The notes below the pieces were generated by a model that worked only from the letters and a program-made list of their open reading frames with translations, made no database searches and was not told the origin of the DNA. From Planctomycetota bacterium (GTDB lineage: Bacteria > Planctomycetota > UBA1135 > GCA-002748355): a stretch of 64,000 bases of DNA. The position numbers were made by a program, and so were the translations under genes. Where the stretch lies: contig DROQ01000211.1 of the NCBI GenBank assembly GCA_011321845.1, positions 21,911 to 85,910 on the forward strand. The letters are read 5' to 3'. Positions 1 to 8,098 of this stretch are shown here, piece by piece. The stretch's first letter is position 1, and the number at the start of each line of letters is the position of its first letter.

Positions 1-2
1 CG

Positions 3-116
3 CGGGCTCTGGGCATCGACCCCAAGGACCAGCAGGGCCTGGGGCCGGAGCGCTCCATTCGCCAGCGGATGATCCGGGAGATGGCACCCGAGCCGAGGCA
101 GGCGGCGGACAAATAA
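3..116 (+). CDS. 3' end of an unidentified CDS (partial, continues upstream of window)
   Basis: Open frame from window edge to TAA at 114-116 (..RALGIDPKDQQGLGPERSIRQRMIREMAPEPRQAADK*); no recognisable motif. Confidence 0.3.
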   Translation, partial: RALGIDPKDQQGLGPERSIRQRMIREMAPEPRQAADK

Positions 117-342
117 GAGCGATTGGGGTTCAGAAGGGAGCGATTTTCCTTCTTCTGCTCCCTCCCTCCACTCTGATGTTCCTTTCCCAGGCCCGGTTCC
201 CAGGCCCCGGATTTATCACCGGAAATCGAGACCAAGGGGCGGATCCCCGCCTGCTCCCTGCTTCCCCTCCTTTCCTCTGCTTTTTGCCCCTATTTGTTCC
301 CGAACTTCGTGACCCATGAGGGGGGGATGCGTCCTCTAGGGC

Positions 343-1062
343 ATGGATCCAAGAACTCTGCGAGTCTGGAGGCGCTGGCTGGGGGAGGCCTTCGAGCGGT
401 TCTGCCTTGTCCCGACCTGTCCCGGTTGCGGGAGGCGGGGCCTGGGGGAGGTGATGGAGCTTTGCCTTCCCTGTGGCGCGGAGCTTTGGGGATACGAGGA
501 GATCGCGGCCAAGCCCCCTGGGGAGCTTCCTTGGGTGCGTGCGGTTTGGAGCTACAGGGGGACGGGAGGGCGGTTGGTGCGCCGGGCCAAGTTTGCGAGA
601 GACCCGCTCGCACTCGCCTTCTTGGCCCGAGGGATGCTTCGGTTGTTGAAGGCAGGGGAGATGCCCGGAGGGCGTCCCCGGGGACCCTGGCTGGTGGTTC
701 CCGTTCCCCTGAGCGCTCGCAAGCGCCGGAGGCGGGGTTTCAACCAGGCCCAGGACCTGGCCCAGCGGGTGGCTGAGCGCATGGGCTGGGAGCTGGGCAC
801 GTGGGTGTTGCGCAGGGTTCGGGACACTACCGCCCTGGGGCGGGTTCGGAGGGAGGAGCGGGAGGCCCTCCTCCTGGGAGCGTTCGAGTTGGGCAAGGGG
901 CAACGGAGGAGGGTGTTGGGCCGCCGAATCCTCCTGGTCGATGACGTCGTCACGACCGGGGCGACGATGCGGGCCTGCGCCTCAGTCCTCCTGGATGGGG
1001 GCGCCTCTCGGGTCCTGGGTCTCGCCTCCTGCGCAGCGGGGGGAGAATCGGGGGGGAAATGA
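343..1062 (+). CDS. comF: ComF-family phosphoribosyltransferase-like protein
   Basis: ATG at 343; N-terminal Cys pairs (CPGC..CLPC) and C-terminal PRTase motif LLVDDVVTTGATM typical of ComF/amidophosphoribosyltransferase-like proteins. Confidence 0.75.
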   Translation: MDPRTLRVWRRWLGEAFERFCLVPTCPGCGRRGLGEVMELCLPCGAELWGYEEIAAKPPGELPWVRAVWSYRGTGGRLVRRAKFARDPLALAFLARGMLRLLKAGEMPGGRPRGPWLVVPVPLSARKRRRRGFNQAQDLAQRVAERMGWELGTWVLRRVRDTTALGRVRREEREALLLGAFELGKGQRRRVLGRRILLVDDVVTTGATMRACASVLLDGGASRVLGLASCAAGGESGGK

Positions 1063-1094
1063 GGAGGGGGAGGACCTTTTGGCCCTCCCCCTCC
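1063..1094. terminator. GC-rich hairpin between convergent genes (candidate bidirectional terminator)
   Basis: GGAGGGGGAGG (1063-1073) / 10-nt loop / CCTCCCCCTCC (1084-1094): perfect 11-bp stem directly after comF stop and before the stop of the minus-strand gene; no clear U-tract. Confidence 0.4.
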
Positions 1095-1128
1095 CTGCGA
1101 CCTCAACAGGTCCGTTTCCTGGGGCCGT

Positions 1129-2295
1129 TTACTGGATCTTGATGATCGGGGCCCTGCGGTAGAAGTACCGGGAGTAGACTTCCTTGTTGGGGTCCATTTT
1201 CTGGTTGCTGAGGACGTTGGCGGCTCCATAGCTGTAAACACCGCTGACCTTGACCAGCTTGGGGTCGTAGCCGGTCCCGATGGAGGTCTCGCGACCACGG
1301 GTGATCCCGATGCCCAGTGCGTTGGCGGTGGGGTCGATGATCAGGGCCTGATGGGCCAGCTTGACGCCGACCAGCTTGGGATCGTTGGGGATGTGGCCCC
1401 AGTCCAGATAGACTCCACCCTGACCGGGATTGGAAGTGTTGCTGGGTCCGTTGGAGGTCACGGTGATGGCGTAAAGAAGGGGATTGATGTGCCATTCGCA
1501 GTTCGCCGTGTTGGGAACCTTGACGCCGGCGGCCAGGCGGGTCCCGGCGATGCCGATGACGGGGAGCCCTGCCTTGCGACCGGTTCTCCAGACGTGCCCG
1601 AAGTTGCCATTCAGGTAGTTGGCCCTGGAGCTGTAGAAGGCCTTGGGATTGATGCAGTGGGTGGAGTAGAAGGTCGTGTTCGTTCCACCATTGTAATTGG
1701 TTCCCGCGTGGAGATCGCAATCCACATACCAAGTCCCAGCCTTGACGTCGGAGTCATAGCTGCGGATCTCGACCACCAGGGTCTTGCTGTTGGGGGGAAC
1801 GACAAAGTTGTTGATGTCGATGGTGACATCAAAAGGAGCCGCCTTGCCAGCTGCGGGTTTGGGCGTCGCCAAGAAGGTCACGGTCTTCGGAGCCGAGGGG
1901 CTGCCATAGACGACAGTCCTGTTGCTTCCATGGTTGTCGTCAAACTTGGTGTTGGGCTGGTGGGCCGGCTGGGTGCTCGTCGAAAGAATGACGACCCATT
2001 TGGCCTTGTGCGCTGTGGCGTTTCCGGAGGGCGAAGTGGCGCTCCTACGGAAGCTGATCTTGTCGATGACCTTGGGTTTGGTCGGGTCCCAGGGGAAGGT
2101 CGAGGCGTCATAGAGGAAGACCTCCCTGGCGACATAATATTTGTAGTTGGAAGTGGCGCTGAACGCGACGCTGAAACCACCCCAGAAGTAGCTGGTGCCA
2201 GGCTTGGTGTCGAAGCCCTTGGGTAGGGTGCTGCTCTGGGCGAAGCCGAGCGAGGACGTGGCCGCGATGGCGGCGAGGAGGGCGAATTTACGCAT
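1129..2295 (-). CDS. Secreted hypothetical protein (N/T/S-rich) with a conserved 'IPNDP..Q-ALIID' module
   Basis: ATG 2295, signal peptide MRKFALLAAIAATSSLGFAQS; no known catalytic motif; C-terminal segment IPNDPKLVGVKLAHQALIIDPTANALG shared with three other secreted proteins in the window. Confidence 0.7.
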   Translation of the reverse strand: MRKFALLAAIAATSSLGFAQSSTLPKGFDTKPGTSYFWGGFSVAFSATSNYKYYVAREVFLYDASTFPWDPTKPKVIDKISFRRSATSPSGNATAHKAKWVVILSTSTQPAHQPNTKFDDNHGSNRTVVYGSPSAPKTVTFLATPKPAAGKAAPFDVTIDINNFVVPPNSKTLVVEIRSYDSDVKAGTWYVDCDLHAGTNYNGGTNTTFYSTHCINPKAFYSSRANYLNGNFGHVWRTGRKAGLPVIGIAGTRLAAGVKVPNTANCEWHINPLLYAITVTSNGPSNTSNPGQGGVYLDWGHIPNDPKLVGVKLAHQALIIDPTANALGIGITRGRETSIGTGYDPKLVKVSGVYSYGAANVLSNQKMDPNKEVYSRYFYRRAPIIKIQ

Positions 2296-2501
2296 TGAAA
2301 AGACTCCAATGAAGAGAGGTTGGATTGAAACGATTGGAAAAATAAATCTGCAAAATGGGAACAGAATCTGCCGAAAAGCAAGGATGTTGCAAATGAAGCG
2401 GCAGACCGGATGAGTTTAGAGGGGTTCGGGAATAAGGCAAGGGGGGAAGGGGAGGGCTGGAACAGGACGGCGAGGCATTTTCTTTGAAAGTTTATGCAAC
2501 T

Positions 2502-2540
2502 CTGGCCAGCAACCCTGGCCAGCAACCCTGGCCAGCAACC
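2502..2540. repeat. Perfect 13-nt tandem repeat x3 (CTGGCCAGCAACC)
   Basis: Three identical contiguous copies 2502-2514, 2515-2527, 2528-2540, ending exactly at the stop codon (2541-2543) of the minus-strand channel gene; unit contains palindrome TGGCCA. Confidence 0.95.
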
Positions 2541-3548
2541 TCAACATTGCCCTGGGAGGGTCTCCCGCAACTCCTCGAGGTGGCTGGATTCGCCCAGGGC
2601 AACGAGGATGTCTCCGCTCTCGAGGGTGGTTTCACTGGAGGGGTTGAAGCGCATGACCCCATCGGGCTTGCGGATGGCGACAATGATCAGGCCGTAGCGG
2701 GAGCGGAGGTCGGTCTTGGAGAGGGGGACCCCGTCATAGCTGGAGCAGGGAGGGATCTTGATTTCGTCCAGGCGAAGGGCGTGGGCGCCTTTGCCCGTAG
2801 TGAGGTCGATGAAATCCATGACATTGGGGAGGAGGACGGCCTGGGCCATCCGGCGTCCGCCGATGAGGGTGGGCAGGATGACGACGTTCGCCCCGGCGCG
2901 GCGCAGCTTGCGCTCGGCTCCCTCGTCGGTTCCCCGGGCGACGATCTGGAGTTTACGGTTGAGGAAGCGGGCGGTCAGGGTGAGGAAGACGCTCTCCGCG
3001 TCGGTGGGCATGGCAGAAACGAGGACTTCGGCCCGTTCGATGCCCGCCTGGTTGAGGAGGGGCTCCTCGGTGGCATCTCCCTGGAGGGTGAGGTAGCCCT
3101 CGCGGCGCAGCTCGGCGAGGACTTCTTCGTCCCGGTCCAGGCAGACGACCTGCTTGCCGTGTTCGCGGAGTTCCTTGGCGATCATCTTGCCGATGCGCCC
3201 GATGCCGCAGACGATGATGTGACCCTTGAGGTTTTGGATTTGTTTTTGCATGCGCCGAAGCTCCAGGATGTTGGCGAGTTCTCCCTCGACGATGTGGGAG
3301 ACGGCCAGGCTGAAGGAATACGCGGCTGTGCCCACCCCGAGGCCGATGAGACCGATGAGGACGAGGCGGCCTTCGGAGCCCAGGTCGACGGGGGGGGCCT
3401 CGAAGCCTACGGTGGAGATGGTGATGATGACGTAGTAGAGGGCTTGGACGAAATCGAGGTGGTGGCGGAAGTGGAAGTAGGAGACTCCTGCGACCAGGAT
3501 GAGGAAGAGGAGGAGGAGAGCCCTGAGGAAGGTTCGATTCGACCGCAC
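2541..3548 (-). CDS. 2-TM cation channel with RCK/TrkA domains (MthK/Kch-like), non-canonical filter TVGFE
   Basis: GTG start 3548; two TM helices flanking pore sequence ITISTVGFEAPP; Rossmann motif IIVCGIGRIGKMIAKEL (TrkA-N) and a C-terminal TrkA-C-like region. Confidence 0.8.
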   Translation of the reverse strand: MRSNRTFLRALLLLFLILVAGVSYFHFRHHLDFVQALYYVIITISTVGFEAPPVDLGSEGRLVLIGLIGLGVGTAAYSFSLAVSHIVEGELANILELRRMQKQIQNLKGHIIVCGIGRIGKMIAKELREHGKQVVCLDRDEEVLAELRREGYLTLQGDATEEPLLNQAGIERAEVLVSAMPTDAESVFLTLTARFLNRKLQIVARGTDEGAERKLRRAGANVVILPTLIGGRRMAQAVLLPNVMDFIDLTTGKGAHALRLDEIKIPPCSSYDGVPLSKTDLRSRYGLIIVAIRKPDGVMRFNPSSETTLESGDILVALGESSHLEELRETLPGQC

Positions 3549-3597
3549 GGGGGGGATCTTAGCTTGGGGAGGGGGGGGACGCTTGGATGTTTTCTTG

Positions 3598-3863
3598 GGA
3601 AACGCCGGGAGGGGTTTTCTACCGGGGTTTTTTACGTGAAACGCCTGGAGGGGTTTTCTACCGGGGTTTTCTACGCAAAACGCCTGGAGGCGTTTCCTAC
3701 GTGAAACCCCTGGAGGGGTTTCCTACGCAAAACCCCTGGAGGGGTTTTCTACGTGAAACGCCTGGAGGCGTTCCCTACCGGCGTTCCCTACCGGCGTTCC
3801 CTACTGACGTTTCCTGCTGGCGTTCCCTACTGGGGTTCCTTATTGGGTTTTCTGGTGGGTTCC
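3598..3863. repeat. Tandem palindromic hairpin array, locus 1 (about 6 x 26-nt units plus about 7 x 13-nt half units)
   Basis: Units GAAAC[G/C]CC-TGGA-GG[C/G]GTTTC-CTACGY read directly; followed by tandem GGCGTTCCCTACC half units that decay into the 3' end of the 3827-5581 CDS. Confidence 0.95.
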
Positions 3864-5581
3864 ATTTTTCTTTTTTTGGGGGTGGGGGGTCTGCGGGTTC
3901 TTCTGCGGGGGAAGTTGAGGGAGAGCTTGAGCTGGGTTTCCTTGCCTTTGCGGCGGACGAAGAGGGAGACCTCCTTGGCGCCTTTTTGGAAGGCCCGGAA
4001 GATGCCCAGCATGATGTCGCGGGGCTCTTCGACCTTGTTCTTTCCGATGCGGAGGAAGAGGTCGCCCTTCTTGATCCCCGAGGCTTCGGCGGGGCTGCCC
4101 TTCTGGACACGGGAGACCAGCACTCCTTCGGCGAACTCGATGCCGAGCCGGAACCTGCGGCGCCGGTTTCCGCCCGTCAGCCTGGCGATCTCCGCGCGGC
4201 TGGTGCGGGGGAGGAGCTTGTCCAGGTTGGCGATGGCCAGGGCGCTCAGGGCGATCACCGTCGCGGACTGGCGCTGGTAGGGATCGATGGCCGCGTCGTA
4301 GGTGTCGTACTGGGTATGGTGGGTGTGGGTGTAGTTGGCCCTCCCCTTTTGCAGCCAGAAGAAGCCGGGGACCTTGGCCGAGACGAAGGAGGCGTGGTCG
4401 CTTCCGCCGACGAAGAACCTGAGGGGGCTGACTTCGAATTCGTACTGGGGATCCACCTTGTCGATTCCGGAAAGGGCTTTTCGCAGGATGGGGAGCTGGG
4501 AGGGGGTCGCCTGGAGGCCGGCGCAGTAGTTGGTGCCTCCGTCGTGGACCAGCACGGCCGAGACCCTATCGAGGAGGCCGTCGCTGCGGTGCTTTTTGAC
4601 GTAGGCCCGCGAGCCCATGAGTCCCTGCTCCTCCCCGGTCCAGAGCATGAAGCGGATGCTACGCTTGGGCCTGACCCCTGAGGCCATGAGGATGCGGGCC
4701 GCCTCCAGGGTCGTCGCCGTCCCCGTCCCGTTGTCTGTGGTTCCGGTGGCTCCGTCCCAGGAGTCGAGGTGTCCGCCTACGATGACGTATTCGTCGGGCT
4801 TCTCGGTCCCCACGATGTCGGCGACGACGTTGAAGTTGGGGATGGGGCCTTGGATGAAATGGTTTCGGATGTCGAAGAGGACGCGGGGCTTCTCACCCTT
4901 CTGGACGAGGTCTTTGAGTTTGTTGAACTCATCCACGCGCAGGGTGACCTCGGGGAGGGTGGGGCGCTTCTCCCAGCTGATGCGGAAGTTTCCGCTGGTG
5001 ATCAGGAGCTGGTTGCGGGAGGGAGCGATGAAGCCGAGGACGCCTTGGGTTTTGAGGAAGTCTTTGAGTTTGCGGGTCTTGGGGGAGAAGCGCCTTCGTC
5101 CCCCCAGCCTGCCGAGGATCCAGGCACCCTTGTAGAGATCGGGGCGGGCCTTGGCTTCTTCCAGGGTCTTGGGGAGGAGGAGGACCGGACCCTCCTGGCG
5201 CCCCTTGGTCCCAGCGCTCCAGGCGCGCGTCACAAAGTGGAGGTTCTGGGCAGCGCTTTTGGGAGAGGTGATCTCTCCGCTCCAGGGACCGCGCTCGAAC
5301 CCCACCTTCCAATCGCTCCACTTCTCCACGTGGGCGTTTTCGATCCCGAAGGACTGGAACTTGTCCTTGGCCCAATAGGCGGCGCGGATGGCCTGGGGGG
5401 AGCCGGTCAGCCGGGGGCCGATGCCGTTGGTCAGCTCGTCGAGGTGCTTGGCGACCTGGCTGTTCTGTTTGCCCTCTTGGATGATCCTGTCCCGGACGGC
5501 GCTCGGGACCAGGTTGGGGTCTTGGGCGGAGAGCAGGGTGGGCAGGAAGGCGAAGAGGAGAATCGAGGAGGGATGCTTCAT
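3827..5581 (-). CDS. Secreted M28-family aminopeptidase with C-terminal PDZ domain
   Basis: Internal ATG 5581 gives signal peptide MKHPSSILLFAFLPTLLSAQ; M28 motifs GGHLDSWDGATGTTDNGTG, WTGEEQGLMGS, GGSDHASF; PDZ GVLVSRVQKGSPAEASGIKKGDLFLRIG. The upstream 219 codons of the 803-aa ORF are judged to be shadow sequence. Confidence 0.85.
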   Translation of the reverse strand: MKHPSSILLFAFLPTLLSAQDPNLVPSAVRDRIIQEGKQNSQVAKHLDELTNGIGPRLTGSPQAIRAAYWAKDKFQSFGIENAHVEKWSDWKVGFERGPWSGEITSPKSAAQNLHFVTRAWSAGTKGRQEGPVLLLPKTLEEAKARPDLYKGAWILGRLGGRRRFSPKTRKLKDFLKTQGVLGFIAPSRNQLLITSGNFRISWEKRPTLPEVTLRVDEFNKLKDLVQKGEKPRVLFDIRNHFIQGPIPNFNVVADIVGTEKPDEYVIVGGHLDSWDGATGTTDNGTGTATTLEAARILMASGVRPKRSIRFMLWTGEEQGLMGSRAYVKKHRSDGLLDRVSAVLVHDGGTNYCAGLQATPSQLPILRKALSGIDKVDPQYEFEVSPLRFFVGGSDHASFVSAKVPGFFWLQKGRANYTHTHHTQYDTYDAAIDPYQRQSATVIALSALAIANLDKLLPRTSRAEIARLTGGNRRRRFRLGIEFAEGVLVSRVQKGSPAEASGIKKGDLFLRIGKNKVEEPRDIMLGIFRAFQKGAKEVSLFVRRKGKETQLKLSLNFPRRRTRRPPTPKKRKMEPTRKPNKEPQ

Positions 5582-5677
5582 TTTCTTTCCTTTGATCGAA
5601 GGGGAGGCCTTCCTACGCTGGCGACCCAGAGAATGTGAGCGAAGAAAGGGCTTTGGGGCCGGGGCGGATCTTGATCC

Positions 5678-6142
5678 ATGGCGAGAAAACAGAAAGAAAA
5701 GGGTTGCGTCGAGATCTGGACGGACGGGGCCTGCAAGGGAAACCCCGGTCCGGGAGGCTGGGGCGCTTTGCTTTGCTGGAAGGGCAAGGAAAAGGAACTC
5801 TGCGGGGGGGAGAGCTTGACCACCAACAACCGTATGGAGCTGATGGCGGCCATCCGGGCCCTGGAAGCCCTCAAACGGCCGTGTCGGGTGATTCTCCATA
5901 CAGACTCTCAATATCTTCGGGGCGGGATCACCCAGTGGATTCACGGATGGAAGGCCCGGGGATGGAAGACTGCGGGAAAGAAGCCGGTGAAGAACCAGGA
6001 CCTCTGGGAGCGGCTGGACGCCCTGATCCAAAAGCACGAGATCGAGTGGCGCTGGGTCAAGGGCCACGCAGGGGACGAGGGGAACGAGCGAGCCGATGCC
6101 CTCGCGAACAAGGGTGTCCCCGATGGGCGGGAGGGGAGCTGA
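5678..6142 (+). CDS. rnhA: Ribonuclease HI
   Basis: [42 protein letters not shown]: full RNase H catalytic DEDD context. Confidence 0.95.
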   Translation: MARKQKEKGCVEIWTDGACKGNPGPGGWGALLCWKGKEKELCGGESLTTNNRMELMAAIRALEALKRPCRVILHTDSQYLRGGITQWIHGWKARGWKTAGKKPVKNQDLWERLDALIQKHEIEWRWVKGHAGDEGNERADALANKGVPDGREGS

Positions 6143-6143
6143 G

Positions 6144-6896
6144 GTGGCGGTCCTCGTAATGATCCCGACGCTGCGGGAGGCGGAAGCCCTGCTGGGGCCC
6201 GTTGCCGCGCGCCAGGCCCTCGAGGGGCGGGGGACCATTGGGGGACAGCCATGCTCCTTGGTGGGGATGGGGCCGATCGAGGCGGCGGTGGGGGCGGGGC
6301 GGGCCTTCGCGCGGCATCCCGAGGTGCAGGCTGGACTGCTGCTGGGGCTGGGGGGGAGCTACGACCTGAAAAGGGCGCCGCGGGGGGCGCTCGTGCGGGC
6401 GGAGTGGTTCGGGCTGGATCCGGCGCCCCTGGCTTTTTTGGAGAAGGGGGCCAGGCTGGGCCTGGAGGGGGAGCTGGAGGCGCGGCATCCCATGCCGGCC
6501 GAGGGGTTACCCGCTGCCCTCGGGAATTGGGAGGGCTCCGAAGAGATACTCTCCGGGGGTTTTGTGACGGTGGCGGCTCCCAGCGAGGAGCCCGGAGTTG
6601 GGAGGGAGCTTGGACCCGGGCTCGAGGGTGCAAAGCTTGGGCCCAGGCGCGGGGGGGCGAAGATGGGACCCGGACTGAAAGGGGCACAGCTTGGGCCGGG
6701 GCTCGAGGGGGCCCTGGTGGAGGAGATGGAGGGCTACGCCGTGGCGCGGGCGGGAATGGCCTTTGGCAAAGGGCTGGCATCCCTGCGGGCGATCTCGAAT
6801 GGGGTGGGGGAGCGGGACCTGGCCGTCTGGGACCTGGAGGGGGCTTTTCGGGCCCTTCGAAGAGTGGTGGAGGTCTTGCAGGGGGGGCTGGGATGA
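6144..6896 (+). CDS. mqnB: Futalosine hydrolase (nucleosidase family) with internal 9-aa x4 repeat insertion
   Basis: PNP_UDP-type motifs GMGPIEAAVGAG and EEMEGYAVA; adjacent and ATGA-coupled to mqnD. Start uncertain: GTG 6144 (GGAG RBS, just after rnhA stop) preferred; ATG 6096 or 6123 possible. Confidence 0.7.
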   Translation: MAVLVMIPTLREAEALLGPVAARQALEGRGTIGGQPCSLVGMGPIEAAVGAGRAFARHPEVQAGLLLGLGGSYDLKRAPRGALVRAEWFGLDPAPLAFLEKGARLGLEGELEARHPMPAEGLPAALGNWEGSEEILSGGFVTVAAPSEEPGVGRELGPGLEGAKLGPRRGGAKMGPGLKGAQLGPGLEGALVEEMEGYAVARAGMAFGKGLASLRAISNGVGERDLAVWDLEGAFRALRRVVEVLQGGLG

Positions 6897-7753
6897 ATGC
6901 GGGAGTAGATCGACCTTTGCGGCTCGGGATTTCCCCCTGCCCCAACGACACCTTCGCCTTCTCGGGGATTCTGGCGCAGCTGGATGGGGGAGAGCGATGC
7001 TCTCCCTTGGACTTCGAGCTGAGGCTGCTGGATGTGCAGGCTCTCAACGAAGCCCTCGCCCAGGGGGAGTTCGACGTGGCCAAGGCCAGCTTCCACGCGG
7101 CCCTGCACCTGAGGGAGGAGTTCGGCGTTTTGCCGGTGGGAGCCGCCCTGGGTTTCGGTGTGGGGCCCTTGCTCCTCGCGGCCTCGCCCGAGCTGGCGGG
7201 GCGTTCCCCCGGAGAGGGCGATCGCGTTCTCTGTCCCGGAGCTTTGACCACCGCGACTCTCCTCTACAAGATCCTCATCCCCGGTGGCCCCGAACCCGAG
7301 CACGTCGTCTTCTCGGAGATCATGCCCGCCCTCCAGGCTGGAGCTGCGGACTACGGCGTCGTGATCCACGAAGGCCGCTTTACCTATCAGTCCCGAGGAC
7401 TCCATCTCGTCCAGGACCTGGGCGAGGCCTACGAGCAGCGCACCCAAATGCCTGTCCCCCTTGGGGGCATCCTCGCCCGCAAGGACCTCGGCTCCGAACG
7501 CATCGCCCAGGTGATCGCCGCCATCCGCCGCTCCCTCCAAACCGCCCGCCGAAACCCGGAGGCCACCCTTCCCATCATGGCCCGCCACGCCCAGGAACTC
7601 TCCGAAGAGGTCCTCTGGGAGCACGTCCGCCTCTATGTCAACGACGCCACGCTGGACCTGGGCACCCAAGGGCGGGAGGCTCTCTCAGTGCTTGGAGAAG
7701 AGGCCCTACGCGTTCAGGCGATCCCCGAGGGGGATCCCCTGTGGATTTGGTAG
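6893..7753 (+). CDS. mqnD: 1,4-dihydroxy-6-naphthoate synthase (futalosine pathway)
   Basis: ATG 6893 overlaps mqnB stop (ATGA); N-terminus LRLGISPCPNDTFAF is the MqnD signature as I recall it; periplasmic-binding-protein-like fold length (286 aa). Confidence 0.75.
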   Translation: MNAGVDRPLRLGISPCPNDTFAFSGILAQLDGGERCSPLDFELRLLDVQALNEALAQGEFDVAKASFHAALHLREEFGVLPVGAALGFGVGPLLLAASPELAGRSPGEGDRVLCPGALTTATLLYKILIPGGPEPEHVVFSEIMPALQAGAADYGVVIHEGRFTYQSRGLHLVQDLGEAYEQRTQMPVPLGGILARKDLGSERIAQVIAAIRRSLQTARRNPEATLPIMARHAQELSEEVLWEHVRLYVNDATLDLGTQGREALSVLGEEALRVQAIPEGDPLWIW

Positions 7754-7770
7754 GCAAACGTTCTGCGCAC

Positions 7771-7843
7771 CTCGGGATTCTCCAAGAGCTTTGGCTGACT
7801 TCACCGAAGGTGCCTGAGGCCGAAGCTCTTGGAGAATCCCGAG
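7771..7843. repeat. Perfect 21-bp inverted repeat with 31-nt spacer
   Basis: CTCGGGATTCTCCAAGAGCTT (7771-7791) and its exact reverse complement AAGCTCTTGGAGAATCCCGAG (7823-7843), 18 nt after mqnD stop. Confidence 0.95.
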
Positions 7844-7851
7844 TCGAGGGG

Positions 7852-8095
7852 AGCAAGGGAGCGCCCGGGTAGGACAAGGGAGCGCCCGGGTGGGAAGGGA
7901 AAAGAGGGCTCAGGTTGGGTGGATCAGTCCCACAGGCTGCTCAGGCCGCGTGGCGAAGCCGAACGGCCTGCTTAGCTCGAAAGGTTCCGTCCAACAGCCT
8001 GCTCAGGTCGGGTGGCTCAGGTCGGGCTGCGAAAGCCAAGGGCCTTTTTCCGACAGGCTGCGAAGATCCAAGGGTTCCGTCCGACAGCTTGATCG
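7852..8095. repeat. Repeat-rich non-coding region (direct 18-nt duplication plus two degenerate ~80-nt tandem units)
   Basis: CAAGGGAGCGCCCGGGT twice (7852-7890); GCTCAGGYCGSGTGG four times; GGTTCCGTCCRACAGC twice; ACAGGCTGC three times. Confidence 0.7.
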
Positions 8096-8098
8096 CTG

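Noticed and set aside
3528-3550. tRNA-like T-loop sequence GGTTCGATTCGA
   Set aside because: The flanking bases cannot form a T-stem or acceptor stem, and it lies inside the channel CDS. No tRNA cloverleaf was found anywhere in the window by eye.
3598-3863. Possible CRISPR array (regular short palindromic repeats; also at 25271-25374 and 60043-60198)
   Set aside because: Units are contiguous (26-nt and 13-nt period) with no unique spacers. No cas genes or leader are in the window, and the arrays overlap CDS 3' ends. They behave like REP-type hairpin arrays instead.
3587-4681. ORFs beginning in the repeat arrays and encoding '[23 protein letters not shown]' peptides (3587-4681, 3753-4280, 25309-25548, 60146-60574)
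   Set aside because: The recurring peptide is simply the translation of the hairpin repeat. The remainder of each ORF is antisense to a well-supported gene.
5582-6238. N-terminal 219 codons of the 803-aa ORF (3827-6238, minus)
   Set aside because: The segment is a Pro/Arg/Ser-rich shadow sequence antisense to rnhA. The internal ATG 5581 gives a canonical signal peptide directly followed by the M28 domain.
5941-7872. Long ORFs 5941-7251 (-, 436 aa), 6251-6892 part of 6251-7753 (+) and 6691-7872 (+, 393 aa)
   Set aside because: These are Pro/Arg/Gly-rich products typical of off-frame translation in high-GC DNA. They overlap the motif-supported rnhA, mqnB and mqnD frames.
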